Positions 37,591 through 48,800 of a DNA stretch of 64,000 nt are shown here, piece by piece. Position 1 is the first letter of the stretch. Every line of letters begins with the position of its first letter. The translations under genes and the position numbers were made by a program. A model generated the notes under the pieces. That model was not told where the DNA came from, made no database searches, and worked only from the letters and a program-made list of their open reading frames with translations. Source of the DNA: Sedimentisphaeraceae bacterium JB056 (lineage in GTDB: Bacteria; Planctomycetota; Phycisphaerae; Sedimentisphaerales; Sedimentisphaeraceae); the NCBI GenBank assembly GCA_044440125.1, contig JBITAJ010000027.1, positions 96,001 through 160,000 on the forward strand. The letters run 5' to 3'.

Positions 37591-38832
37591 ATGACAAGCT
37601 TAAATCATCGTTTCGTTGTTGTTTGTTTATGTTTAATTCTGAGTTCTTGTTTTGCTGCCGGTTTTGGGGGCGGCAAAGGAAATCTGGAGTCTCCTTATAA
37701 ATTATCGGAAGCTTCCGACATAATCGAACTTGCAGAAAATGAAGGAAGTTGGGGCGCTGTATTTGAATTGACATCTGATATTGACATGGCTGGTATTGAT
37801 ATAAAGCCCTTTACTCAGGATATGCAGAATGGTTTTGGTGGAACCATAAGAGGAAATGGGTTTACCATCAAAAACATAACACTGAAAGGGATTGAAGGCA
37901 AATATGTTGGTTTATTTGGAGTATTATCCGCAACTTCCGTTATAAGTGATCTTAAAATCATTGATGTTGATATAGATGTCAATACACCTGAAGGAATTGA
38001 AAAGGATAACTACATTTATGTAGGGGCATTGGCCGGATGCAGCCGTGGAAAACTTATAAACTGTGAGGTAACCGGGAACATCAAGGCTCGTTCTAAAGAC
38101 CTCGTTTCAGCAGGTGGTTTTGGGGGAAGATTAGAAGGATCTATAATAGACCATTGCTATGCAGAAGTTTCTATGGATATCGCCTCGGAAGGTCAAAGTT
38201 TTGCCGGCGGAATGGTGGGATATTGTTATAACTCTAATATGCTTAACAACATATCCAACAGTATAATAAATGCTGTTGGCAGTGAAAGGACCTACGCAGG
38301 AAGCATAAGCGGATACTCTCTTGATACAAGCTTCAATTCCTGCTGCAGCGATGAAGGCAAAATTTTGACAGATTGCGGCGGTTACAGCGGCGGTATAACC
38401 GGTTACTGTTATAATGGACAGATAATAAATTGCTATGCCGAAAATACGGTTTTCTCCTTTGATAATGGGTTTGCCGGAGGACTTGCCGGAGGAAATTACA
38501 ACAGCATTATACGAGACTGTTTCTTCAACGGACGTATATCACTTGAGTCGATGGACAGTAAAGGTGGTACTATTGCTGGTTTTAACGTTAAAAGCCAGAT
38601 ATTGAACTGTTTTTGGGTTTACGACAGTTCTATGGCCGATAAAGCTATAGTTGATGGTGTATTTATCGGTGATGTAACGATGCTGACCAATAAACAAATT
38701 AAAGCAGGCGGCATCTTTGATGAAGAGACCTGGAACGCTGATACCCCCAAAGATTCACTAAAGCCGCTCTGGGAGATATACGAAAATAAGCTTCCAACAC
38801 TTAACAGGGTTGCCCAAAGCCCCGAAAAGTAG
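37591..38832 (+). CDS. Secreted GLUG-motif (beta-helix-like) protein
   Basis: Signal peptide, FGGGKG…PY, LTSDIDM, VGLFG and repeated xGGxxG motifs; start set at ATG 37591. Confidence 0.8.
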   Translation: MTSLNHRFVVVCLCLILSSCFAAGFGGGKGNLESPYKLSEASDIIELAENEGSWGAVFELTSDIDMAGIDIKPFTQDMQNGFGGTIRGNGFTIKNITLKGIEGKYVGLFGVLSATSVISDLKIIDVDIDVNTPEGIEKDNYIYVGALAGCSRGKLINCEVTGNIKARSKDLVSAGGFGGRLEGSIIDHCYAEVSMDIASEGQSFAGGMVGYCYNSNMLNNISNSIINAVGSERTYAGSISGYSLDTSFNSCCSDEGKILTDCGGYSGGITGYCYNGQIINCYAENTVFSFDNGFAGGLAGGNYNSIIRDCFFNGRISLESMDSKGGTIAGFNVKSQILNCFWVYDSSMADKAIVDGVFIGDVTMLTNKQIKAGGIFDEETWNADTPKDSLKPLWEIYENKLPTLNRVAQSPEK

Positions 38833-38837
38833 TTCAA

Positions 38838-39668
38838 TTAAAAACTTATGGTGTCTCCTGCACCCAACTTCCTGAAAGAATAAGGGAACTGTTTTTTCAG
38901 TATCTCAATATTCTCATCGCCTGTACAGTGAAGCGGGACGAGAATCTCTATTTCACGTTTCTTAATCTGTTCTATAGTCGCAGTGATTCGATTACTGTCT
39001 GCATTGACAAGGTGGAGTCCTCCTATTACGGCACGCACTTTTTGCCCTGTCTTTTTTTCTGTGTAGTTGATAATATTTATCATGCCGCTGTGTGCACAAC
39101 CGCTCACTATTACAATTCCCTTTGGTGTACTTAGCCAAAGCACTTGATCATCAATTATTTCATCAGGCGCTTTCTTCTCAGTATCAAAGTAAAACGGACC
39201 ACCAGTATCCTCAAAAGAGTTTTCTTTAGGTATTGTTCCGCTTGCCGTTATCCCACAGAAAATTTCTGTAGCTTTTTCGGTTGCTATATAACGGCTTTCT
39301 TTGATATACGATTCGATTATCCTTCTTGAGCTGTTAGGCACAGATACATCCTTTGCCTTTTTATCAGGATGACAGCTGTATCTTTTGACTAAAGCTTGAG
39401 GATGCATAGCAATTTTAGCTTTACCAGCAACGACTGCGGTGAGACCGCCTGAGTGATCATAATGTCCATGACTTATAACTATTGCATCAGCTTTAGATAC
39501 ATCTATTCCAAGCATCTCTGCATTTTTTGCGAATTTTTCGGTTGTGCCTGTATCAAACAGTATCTTGTATCCGGCATGTTCTACCCAGAACGATAATCCA
39601 TGCTCTGTCAGAAAATTATCTTTGTAACACCTGTTATCAATAAGTATGGTTACGGTTGTTGGTTTCAT
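38838..39668 (-). CDS. MBL-fold metallo-hydrolase
   Basis: EHGLS, LFDTG, SHGHYDHSGG, GCAHSG, GGLH and HCTG. Confidence 0.9.
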   Translation of the reverse strand: MKPTTVTILIDNRCYKDNFLTEHGLSFWVEHAGYKILFDTGTTEKFAKNAEMLGIDVSKADAIVISHGHYDHSGGLTAVVAGKAKIAMHPQALVKRYSCHPDKKAKDVSVPNSSRRIIESYIKESRYIATEKATEIFCGITASGTIPKENSFEDTGGPFYFDTEKKAPDEIIDDQVLWLSTPKGIVIVSGCAHSGMINIINYTEKKTGQKVRAVIGGLHLVNADSNRITATIEQIKKREIEILVPLHCTGDENIEILKKQFPYSFRKLGAGDTISF

Positions 39669-40531
39669 AAAGTTGAATGTGGGCTTTTTTGTATTATAAG
39701 GCTCCCTATCTCACTTTTAAGATCTTTGGCAACCATTGGACATTTGACCTTCAATAGGAAGAATATATTCCTATTCACTTCGTTAAGTGTTTCATAATTG
39801 CCCTGACCTTTTGATATTATCAAGTCAGCCTTCTCAAAGTAGCTGTTGAATTCTTCTGAACAGTCATCAAGTATTGTTCCAGGCGCATCAGACCCGTTGC
39901 CTATTGTTGTGACTATATCTGTCAGACCGGCAATTTCAGCATCCTCAATTGTCGCATCATTGATTATTGGCTTGCCGCGTACAGCCAGAGTCGTCTTGTG
40001 GGCCGGCAACTGTTCGATAAGAAAGCGATCAAATATTATCTCACCGGCATTATCCGCCAGATAAAGGATAGAATCCGCTTTTGCAACCTCTTCTTTAAGA
40101 TTGCGTATCCCATCTGAATCGATTTGAGCCGTAAGAGAGGTATTGATTGTCGTTTCTATATCTTCATCAGTAACGTTGCTTTTCGCTCCAAAATCGATAA
40201 TATTTCCCGCTATTGCAAGCCTTATAGCGGCCTCGAATTTATCGAGCGGCATATCTTCATGCTCTTTGATACCTTCATAAAGTTTTATAGCGATATCATT
40301 GCTTCGTTTTTTTATACTTGAATACGGATCGGTATTGCCGGTCTTATCCCTTAGAAGCCGGTGCACATCTCTTGCTATTGATGGAGGAGTGCTTTGTTCC
40401 GGTAATTCAGACATGAAGATCAAGACATCGCGAAGTACTTCTTCCTGAATTCGGGCATCGCCGGTTATCTGACGAAGGGAATCAAGTGCCTGACGGATTA
40501 TGCATGGTATACAGTCTAAAGCGGTACGCAT
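39665..40531 (-). CDS. DUF89/ARMT1-like damage-control phosphatase
   Basis: CIPC, DPY, AIAGNIIDFG, DNAGEIIFD, INDAT and SKGQGNYETL; start set at 40531. Confidence 0.9.
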   Translation of the reverse strand: MRTALDCIPCIIRQALDSLRQITGDARIQEEVLRDVLIFMSELPEQSTPPSIARDVHRLLRDKTGNTDPYSSIKKRSNDIAIKLYEGIKEHEDMPLDKFEAAIRLAIAGNIIDFGAKSNVTDEDIETTINTSLTAQIDSDGIRNLKEEVAKADSILYLADNAGEIIFDRFLIEQLPAHKTTLAVRGKPIINDATIEDAEIAGLTDIVTTIGNGSDAPGTILDDCSEEFNSYFEKADLIISKGQGNYETLNEVNRNIFFLLKVKCPMVAKDLKSEIGSLIIQKSPHSTL

Positions 40532-40593
40532 TTCATCTTTTATTCTTAAAAAAGTAAACAAAAATTCTACTGGTTATATTCAAATCTGAACAT

Positions 40594-40617
40594 AATAACG
40601 AACATATGTTCATTATT
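40594..40617. promoter_or_regulatory. Palindromic operator candidate upstream of the DUF89-MBL operon
   Basis: AATAAcGAACATATGTTCaTTATT, 24 bp with one mismatched pair. Confidence 0.6.
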
Positions 40618-40747
40618 GTTGCCAATTCCACGTCAAAATCAAGTGGCTTTACTGATTTTAATCAAAATAATTAAGCGAAGAGAGTGTATGTGAGAGAGAA
40701 TGCGTAAACGTACCTGAATAATGTATTTTGATCGGCAGAGCAACTAC

Positions 40748-41026
40748 CTATTCAAAATCATAATGCTTTTTTACCGCTTTTTCGATTTTCCAGATGCAGG
40801 TTAAGCCTTCGGGAAATGTCACGTAATCTCCGGCAGAAAATGATACGCTTTCTGTTTTGTCTTCACTGTAAACAGTGACCTCACCTTCAATCAGCAAGCA
40901 TTTTTCCATCTGCGTATATTGCCACGGGAACTCACTGGCCTCTTTTTCCCATATAGGCCAATTCTCTGCTGTCTCTATCTGCTGCTGCGTAGGTTTTGAA
41001 ACGCTGACTTCTTTAATTGTCGACAT
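40748..41026 (-). CDS. Small cupin-domain protein (DUF861/EutQ-like)
   Basis: WPIWEKEASEFPWQY…E.C..IEGEV…GDYVTFPEG…W…KHY. Confidence 0.88.
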   Translation of the reverse strand: MSTIKEVSVSKPTQQQIETAENWPIWEKEASEFPWQYTQMEKCLLIEGEVTVYSEDKTESVSFSAGDYVTFPEGLTCIWKIEKAVKKHYDFE

Positions 41027-41861
41027 TTGCTGCTTCCTCCAGCTTTTCTTCCTGCATTGCCTTGGCTCTGAAAGCCTGAGCGTCTATAAAATAATCGCAG
41101 ATTTCGGTATAATCGATTGCACCATTGCAGTTTGGCTCATATTCGAATATTGTCTGGCCATAACTTGGTGCCTCTGCGAGCTTTACGTTGCGTCTTATGT
41201 GTATCGGAACAAGCTCGGCATTACTCCACGGACAATTTCTTTCTCTTGAACCAAGCAGGAACTCTTCAATATCGTTCTTCACCTCGGATGAAAGGCTTGT
41301 TCGCGAATCAAACATGCAGAAAAGTATACCCGCGACCCTAAGCTGCGGATTTATTCGCTTATTAACGAGAGTCACAGTTTCCAGAAGCTTTCCAAGACCC
41401 TGAAGTGCGAGGAAATGCGGCTGAAGTGGTATGAAAATTTCTTTTACTGCCGCTAATGCGTTCAATGAGAGCAGACCAAGAGAAGGAGGACAATCGATTA
41501 TAAGAAAATCGAAATCATCCTGCACTTCCTCAAGTGCATCACGCAATATTATCTCACGGCCTATTGTGTCGAGGAGTTCGCTTTCTGCGCCAACAAGGTC
41601 TATATTTGCTCCAAGCAGGTAGAGATTTTCACGTGCCTCTATCATTGCCTCTGATATAGGCATAGATTGCGTAAGTACATTGTATACACTTGTTTCAAGC
41701 GTTGTAGGATTGATTCCCAAGTGTATTGTAAGGTGACCTTGAGGATCGAGATCTACAACAAGTACCTTTTTGCCTTTTACCGCAAGAGCCGCGGCGACAT
41801 TCGCTACGGTGGTTGTCTTGCCGACACCGCCTTTTTGGTTTAAGATAGCAATAGTTCGCAA
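41013..41861 (-). CDS. ParA/Soj-family ATPase
   Basis: NQKGGVGKTTT, DLDPQG, IDCPPSLG and IRRNVKLAEAPSYG. Confidence 0.93.
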   Translation of the reverse strand: MRTIAILNQKGGVGKTTTVANVAAALAVKGKKVLVVDLDPQGHLTIHLGINPTTLETSVYNVLTQSMPISEAMIEARENLYLLGANIDLVGAESELLDTIGREIILRDALEEVQDDFDFLIIDCPPSLGLLSLNALAAVKEIFIPLQPHFLALQGLGKLLETVTLVNKRINPQLRVAGILFCMFDSRTSLSSEVKNDIEEFLLGSRERNCPWSNAELVPIHIRRNVKLAEAPSYGQTIFEYEPNCNGAIDYTEICDYFIDAQAFRAKAMQEEKLEEAANVDN

Positions 41862-41884
41862 TTAAATCTCCCTGACATTATTTA

Positions 41885-42346
41885 TTAAGTCTCAATCTCT
41901 GATTCTTCGCTGTTCAATTTTCGAAGAATAGCATCGAGAATACCATTTACAAAACCGGGTGAGTTTTCCGTACTGAATTTCTTAGCAAGCTCAATAGCCT
42001 CGTTTATTACAACTTTGCCCGGAATATGATCACAATGTTTCAATTGATATACGCTTAGCCTTAATATAGCCTTTTCGACCGGCATAAGCGCAGTCGGTTT
42101 CCAACGCTTGATCACGGTTGAAAGCATCTGGTCTAATTCATCCTGGCATTCTATTGTGCCGAAAGCCCATTCACGCGCAAGCTGGCGAACCAGCTCATCA
42201 TCGCTGTTCTCACGTAGGAAGAAATCCAGAATACCTTTGTCGCCGCAAGCCTGGATGTCGTACTGGAAGACTGCCTGAAAGGCCAGCACTCTGGCTTTAA
42301 CACGCCTTTCGATCGAGTCTTTTGGTATAAATTCTCTTTGGTGCAT
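41885..42346 (-). CDS. nusB: Transcription antitermination factor NusB
   Basis: RRVKARVLAFQ…AILRL…VVINEAIELAKKF…FVNGILD. Confidence 0.95.
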   Translation of the reverse strand: MHQREFIPKDSIERRVKARVLAFQAVFQYDIQACGDKGILDFFLRENSDDELVRQLAREWAFGTIECQDELDQMLSTVIKRWKPTALMPVEKAILRLSVYQLKHCDHIPGKVVINEAIELAKKFSTENSPGFVNGILDAILRKLNSEESEIET

Positions 42347-42361
42347 ATTTTGTTTCTGATT

Positions 42362-42826
42362 TTATATCTGGCCAAGTACATTTACCATTTCGATTGCACC
42401 AAGAGCGGCATTGGCTCCGCTGTTGCCCGCTTTTGTTCCCGCTCGCTCGATTGCCTGCTCGATTGTTTCACATGTGAGCACGCCGAACATTACAGGGATA
42501 TCTGTATCGTAGTTTATCTGACCTACGCCGCGAGTTACCTGCTGACATACATAATCGTAATGTGTTGTGGCGCCGCGAATTACAGCTCCAAGACAGATTA
42601 CCGCATTGTATTTGCCGCTTTTAGCCAGCTTCTTAGCCGCCATTGTTATCTCAACAGCACCCGGAACCCATACTACTGTTATGTTTTCCTCTGATGCTCC
42701 GTGACGGGTAAGGCAGTCGATCGCACCGCCAAGCAGTTTGCTCGTGATGAATTCGTTAAATCTGCTTACAACTATAGCGAATTTCGCTTCGCCGGCAGTA
42801 AGTTGGCCGTGTATTTCATTTATCAT
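42362..42826 (-). CDS. ribH: 6,7-dimethyl-8-ribityllumazine synthase
   Basis: [32 protein letters not shown] and FGVLT. Confidence 0.97.
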   Translation of the reverse strand: MINEIHGQLTAGEAKFAIVVSRFNEFITSKLLGGAIDCLTRHGASEENITVVWVPGAVEITMAAKKLAKSGKYNAVICLGAVIRGATTHYDYVCQQVTRGVGQINYDTDIPVMFGVLTCETIEQAIERAGTKAGNSGANAALGAIEMVNVLGQI

Positions 42827-43128
42827 ATCAAAAACTCCATTGACAGTTTACTACTCAAAAATATAGAATTCAGAAGACAGGACACAGAAGAAACGCAAAG
42901 CCGTTAGCATTCTGGCTTATAACTTCTGTATTCTACCTTGTTTTTTAACATTAAGATACTAAAAAAGGCGATAATGCACTGATAACAGCCATTATAGCCT
43001 TAGTAATTGTTAAACCGAAAGATTATTTTAACCGAAAGATAAATAAAAACCAGTTTTTTTAGGATTTTTTGAAAAATCAGCAAATAACAAGCCGTTATAA
43101 TCACTGCAGTTGTGGTTTCTGTCGTACT

Positions 43129-43764
43129 TTATTGAAGATTTACCAGCAGGATATAATAGTCTTCTCCTATTTTCTGACAGCCGGCAACTGATACCTCTCC
43201 AACATTTAGCAATATCTCTGTGCTGGATGAAAAATCTATCTCGGTTATTTCGTCGGAATTATTCTGTGTTTGTGATTTGTTCTGAACTGCAATGACCTGA
43301 TAATTCTTGTATTCAAATACACATTCACATCTAAAAGCGTTATTGCCGGTTTTTTCGTGCATTCGAACCTTGAAATATTTTCTATTTTCAAGCCATTTGT
43401 ATATAAATTTTGTGTACGGCTCAATATCCTTGCCGGTAACTGTTTCTCTTAATGGCATCATTACTTTGTCGGCAATTTTGTTTTCAGAAGCAGCATTTTT
43501 GACTTCTGTATTGATTTGCAGCTCTGAATAAGCCGCAAGAGTGGTGTCAGTCTCAGAAAACAGGCAGCCTATTACCTCCATTGCTGCGGGCATTTGAAAT
43601 GTTTCTGAATCATTGGTGCTGATCTGCCGGAATTGCTCGGCAGGCATTTTCATGAGCATTGCTCTTGCCGTTAAATTATGGTTAGTAGATTCTGATGCGA
43701 AGGCTGAAGTAATGGATATAGAAATAACGGCTAATAAGCCGAAAAAGTTTAATTGTCTTCTCAT
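43129..43764 (-). CDS. Secreted hypothetical protein, paralog of 43810-44502
   Basis: Signal peptide ending AFA; C-terminal QKIGEDYYILLV. Confidence 0.6.
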   Translation of the reverse strand: MRRQLNFFGLLAVISISITSAFASESTNHNLTARAMLMKMPAEQFRQISTNDSETFQMPAAMEVIGCLFSETDTTLAAYSELQINTEVKNAASENKIADKVMMPLRETVTGKDIEPYTKFIYKWLENRKYFKVRMHEKTGNNAFRCECVFEYKNYQVIAVQNKSQTQNNSDEITEIDFSSSTEILLNVGEVSVAGCQKIGEDYYILLVNLQ

Positions 43765-43809
43765 TATATTTTCTCCAATATAGGGATTAATCTTCTACTG
43801 AGTATGGGT

Positions 43810-44502
43810 TCAATCTGACACATGCAAAAGCAGTACCAAGAAATCATCACCGATTTTTTGTGTCGAAACAACGACAGTTTGTCCTATATTGATGGCAAGG
43901 GTAGAGTTTATTTCAAAAGTAGACTTGCTTATTCTGTCACCCGGGATGGAAACTTTTCTTTCCGTTGTCTGCTCATTCAAGTTTTCATAGGGAGTGTAGT
44001 TATATATATCACAATTGAATGAACACCAGCAGTTTAGCGGGGTTTCTTCATCTGCACTGATTGGAGAGATTTTCAGTTTGAAATCGCATGTATCATCGAG
44101 GTCAAAATACTTGGTAAGATAGTAAGGATCTTGTGTTTTGGCGTCCGTGACTATTTCTCTTGCTCCAACTCGCATTGATTGGGAGCTTTTTGTCTCACCT
44201 GAGATTGTATTATTCTTATCGGCAGTCATCTGCATTTCTGCTATTTTCACAGGTTCAGAGTCGCTGCTGCCGTAAATTGACATCGCTATATCTCTGGGGC
44301 TAAAAAACGATACTGATTCTTGCCCGTCATACTGGATTGGCTCAAACTCATCGGCTCCTATACGCACCAGCATAGCGCTGGCATTAAACTTCTTTGGCAA
44401 AGCAGCATTATCTGCTCTCAAGGATGGCGACACTGCCAATACCATAATTGCCATAGCATACATGCCGGTCATGCTGAAAATAGTTTTTGTTAAATCCTTC
44501 AT
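43810..44502 (-). CDS. Secreted hypothetical protein, paralog of 43129-43764
   Basis: Signal-like N-terminus; C-terminal QKIGDDFLVLLL. Confidence 0.6.
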   Translation of the reverse strand: MKDLTKTIFSMTGMYAMAIMVLAVSPSLRADNAALPKKFNASAMLVRIGADEFEPIQYDGQESVSFFSPRDIAMSIYGSSDSEPVKIAEMQMTADKNNTISGETKSSQSMRVGAREIVTDAKTQDPYYLTKYFDLDDTCDFKLKISPISADEETPLNCWCSFNCDIYNYTPYENLNEQTTERKVSIPGDRISKSTFEINSTLAINIGQTVVVSTQKIGDDFLVLLLHVSD

Positions 44503-44576
44503 CTTTTCTCCTGTTTTAATGTCAATGTCTGTTCTGTTGTGACTTATTGACAGTTATTCGAATATCTATCCCGCAT

Positions 44577-45779
44577 CTATTTAAAATCTTTATATTCTTC
44601 CAGAAACTGTTCCAGTTCTTCAAGCTTTGATTTAATAATACGGTATTCTTTTATTCTATTGATCATATTTGTCATCCCATTACTGTTTGGATATTTAGTT
44701 TCCAGCTCGGCGGCATAGTGTTCTTCGAGGTCGAATATCTTTTGGTCAGCTATTCCCAAAGCAGCATCAAGGGCTTGCTGCAGGGAAGCGGAATTGTCTT
44801 GCAGTTCTGTTTTTAACTTAGTGAGTTTGTTTTCGGTTGCCCGCATGACAGGACTTATAGGTTCAAAATCCTTGCTGAGTTTTTCGAGTGAGATTTCCAA
44901 TGTTTGGATATTTTCATGGGTATCTTTGAGGAAAGATATTTCTTTCGCAATCTCGCGAGGAAATGCCATACGATAATATTGATGTTTGGGGCATCCATCT
45001 TTTTGATTCGAATCTTCTATCCGAAAGGAGATTAGAACTTCATCATCTTGTAATGGCTTTGGTTCCGGTAGATTTATGTCAGTCTTCTGTATATCGATCT
45101 TTTTGTTTATGAAATTGATGATGATTTCTGTTTGTACATCTTTTTCTATTTTGAACTTAGTCCGCATCTCCTCTTCACCCAATGTACAGATTAGTTCATA
45201 TTCTCCGGTTAGAATGTCGTTAACCAGTAACCCTTGTTGCGGAATATCGATTTCTTGAAGATGTGTATGTAGCCTGTAATATAAACCACTTCTATTATTA
45301 TCTCTTAAGTTAGGTATAGATATTTTCGCTTTAGCGGGTATCGTCGCTATGGCAAGAGAACCAGTTTGGTAGGTGATATTCATATTTTCGGCAATACGTT
45401 CGAAGTTCCATGTTTTAGCAGTGAATTGTGGTACTTTTCCCACAACATACACCTTAGTAATGCTGTCGCTTTCCACTTCAATATTTATTGGTTGGGTTAT
45501 AGCGGCATCATCATCAATAACCGCCTTGAGCGTATGCTCGCCAGTTGATAATTCCAGCAGCATCAGTTCAGAATCGTTGTTAGAATTGGGTGCCGCGAGT
45601 TTTCTCAAGTCGTCGTTGGCGCCTGTTTCGGTACCAATGGCTCCTTTGTTTTCACCATCAATAAAAATAGTAATATCGGAGGAGCCATGAATGACAACAA
45701 ACCCCGTGTCCTGTGCTGAAAGAGTTGCGGCACTAACTAACACAAATAACGCGTAAAAAACTGCTTTTAACCTGTACAT
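44577..45779 (-). CDS. Secreted protein with PEGA-like beta domains and a C-terminal coiled coil
   Basis: Signal peptide; IFIDGENKG…GEHTLK and GSLAIATIPAKAKISI…GEYEL; heptad-rich tail. Confidence 0.55.
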   Translation of the reverse strand: MYRLKAVFYALFVLVSAATLSAQDTGFVVIHGSSDITIFIDGENKGAIGTETGANDDLRKLAAPNSNNDSELMLLELSTGEHTLKAVIDDDAAITQPINIEVESDSITKVYVVGKVPQFTAKTWNFERIAENMNITYQTGSLAIATIPAKAKISIPNLRDNNRSGLYYRLHTHLQEIDIPQQGLLVNDILTGEYELICTLGEEEMRTKFKIEKDVQTEIIINFINKKIDIQKTDINLPEPKPLQDDEVLISFRIEDSNQKDGCPKHQYYRMAFPREIAKEISFLKDTHENIQTLEISLEKLSKDFEPISPVMRATENKLTKLKTELQDNSASLQQALDAALGIADQKIFDLEEHYAAELETKYPNSNGMTNMINRIKEYRIIKSKLEELEQFLEEYKDFK

Positions 45780-45894
45780 CCAATTTTCTCCTTATAAAAA
45801 CTCTAATAACCCTAATATTACCTTGAAAACCCCTAAAATCAAGAAATTATTTTGAAAACCGCAGGTATAAGCCATTGACGCTTAATTCGCTATA

Positions 45895-48800
45895 TCATTT
45901 TCTATGCATAACTGCGATTATTTTAGAACGTTGTGTTTTCTCTAAGGTTATCTCTTTGCGGTAGTCCTGATATCCTTCACCTCTTATGCAGAGAGTGTAT
46001 GTACCCGGCGGAGCTTCGATGTAGCTCAATTCAGCATCTTTATATTTGCTTCCATTGTATTCTATCCAGATTTCAAGACCTTCTATCTTGCGTCTTGTCT
46101 GGTTGTCAATAGTTATTATATCTGCAATTGACAGTAAATCAGGCTTGTATTGATCAAGGTCTATTTCAAGTTCCTGATTCTCCAGTATATCAAAAGTCAT
46201 TATTTCCTCCTGATTACGATCTTTGACAATATATTCACCTGCCGGTATGTTATCCATTCTATATTCGTTGTTGTCTTGATTATAAAATGTTTTCACTCGG
46301 TATTGATGTTTCTTGTTTTCAAATGTGAAGTTGGAAGAATCCGAAGGCAGCTTGCCGTAAACTGACGATGTCATGATGGGCAGTTTAATATCAATTGTGC
46401 GTAGATTTTCAGTTTTGAGTATATCTGTATTAAATACGAATCGTGCCATATTTGGGAAAAATATTTTAATATTGTAGTTTCCCTGCCTTAGATTTTCTGC
46501 TTTTGCTGTTCCGAGATGATCTAAATATAAAGAATAGCCTGTTGATGACGATTTTTCGAAATTTTCAAAAAGACATATGTCCTTTATTTTTGTCCTTTGA
46601 TCACCTTCAACCTTAATTTTAAAATCAACTAAATCCAAATATATATCACCTAAATCACATTGTGTATCGTTGGTGTTAAATTGCATGATTTTTAGATTAT
46701 GCGAATCGGAAATTTTGCATAAAAGTTGTTTGGTGCCTCCGGGAATACCGCTGAAATTGAAACTGCCATCAGAATTAGTCCGGCAGTTATTCATGAATCC
46801 GTCCATATGAGTTGCCATATCCTTGACGGTTAGATCAGCCTTGCTTAGTGGAGATCCGTTTAAATATATTCTGCCTGTAAGAAAATATGTCCCGCCGAAG
46901 TCAAGTTGTATACATTCATCTTCAAGCGGTAATGCCAGATTGCGGCATGCGCCTTGCGTTGATGAAGCAGAAGGATGGGTTATTGACAATAGTTTCTCAG
47001 GCAGTTTTGATAGTTTGTAATAACCATTTTTATCAGTAACTTTTGAATTTTTAGCATCAATGTATCTAATATAATTTCTCGTTTCAGATGTTGCAATAAG
47101 AGGGAAATGGGCTCTTGGGTTTCCATTATTGTCATACACGTATCCTTCAATACAGCATCCTCTATTCAAGATTATTTCTGTCGTATTTTGCTCAAGAGGT
47201 AAGCTTATGTCTATAATTTGCGATAAATAATCCGGATGCGTTACCTGAATAGTTTCAGCTCCTTGTGGTAGATTGAAAAGAGTAAAACTGCCGTCAATAT
47301 CACTTAGTTCCGCCCCGATTTCAGTTGTAAATACTTTTTCCCGGAATCCGTCTATTGAGTAGTCTGTATTTTTAGAGAAAGGTATTACCTTTGCATTGTG
47401 AACAGGCTGCCCGCTGCTGTCTAAAACTTTTCCCAAAAGAGAGACGCCTTTTGTTAATTCGACAGTGAATGATGTACTTTCTGTTGTGTCTAATTCTATG
47501 GTTTGCGGTGCGTAATATTCACTGTCTATTGTGAACTGATGTATTCCTTGCTCTCTGATTGTGAGTTGATATTTCCCGTTATCAGTATTTGGGAAATTAA
47601 TCCATTTATTATAAGCTTGAGTTTTTACTACTCTATGGAAGACTCTGAAGTTCTTTATCGGATTTTGAGTTTCTTTGTCCAAAATAATACCCGATATATT
47701 TATCTTTTCTTTGAGTTGTAATTTGAAGACATAATCATCAGATGGAATGTGAATATTGTCAAATCTACTGTTTTTAAGATTGGAATTTAAAAAATCAACA
47801 GTATAATTCCCTGAAGGTATGTCGTTAAACTCGAAGGGGATTTCCTTATTGTCGTTTTCTGTTTTTATGGATTGATGAAAATGATTGTCTCCGCAACGTA
47901 TAAACATTTGAGCTGCAAAAGGATTGTTATCTTCAATGATTACTTTTCCTTTGAAATTAGTTAATTGAGAAGCCTTTTTATAAGGGAACTCAAGATTGAG
48001 AATTTTATCTTCTTCAAGTGATATTGTAATCAATTTTTCGTATCGCTCCATTGTACCACCCCTGGAAACTAAAGCCTTAATTTCATATATGTCAGGTTCT
48101 ATATGTTTTAAGGTGAATGTGCCGTCGTTATTGATCTTACAGTTTGAATATGGTTTGCTGCAATTCCACCATTGAGGTTCTGCGTTTATTTCCAGAGCCT
48201 TTTCGGGAGTTTCATAAGGATAAGATATCTCACCTTGGATTTCGAAACCTTTCTTAAATACAACTTTTATACTCTCGATTACATCCGGATCGTTCATTAT
48301 GAGAGTTTGATGTGCAGGAGCATAGCAATTAGCTAACACAGAATGATTTTTATCTATTCTCTTATATTCTGAATGTATCAGGGTTATCAAGCGTGGGGTA
48401 GGAGAGGAGGGGATTCCTCCTATCATCATCTTGCCATTTTTGTCTGTTCTTTGGTAACCTCTGTTCAGCGGATAAGATGAAATGTCTGTTGAGGTGATTT
48501 CTGTTACGATTGCCTCAACATTACTGATTGGATTGTTCTCTTCGTCTATTGCCTCAATAGAAACCATACAGGCTTTGTCAAGCTGTATATGTTGAATGGC
48601 ATTAATTTCAGGTGTTATATTGATATTGATTGAATTACGGAGACTTTCGTGAATTCCTACATATTCAGTTGAGACAATTGTCAGGCTGAAATTGCCATAC
48701 GATTTGATCTTATCTTCATCAAAATAGTAAAATCCCAATTCATCTGTTTCTGTATTTGCATAGTAGCCGTCAGGTAGCTGAAGATGCAATTGAGCATCGA

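Noticed and set aside
41013..41861. ParA as a sign of a plasmid or prophage
   Set aside because: It is embedded in the ribH-nusB housekeeping run with no parB, replicon or phage genes
42827..43128. Possible FMN riboswitch before ribH; CAGAAG short repeats and an imperfect hairpin
   Set aside because: No RFN consensus (GGGCAGGGUGAAAUUCCCGACCG); the repeats are too short and degenerate to call
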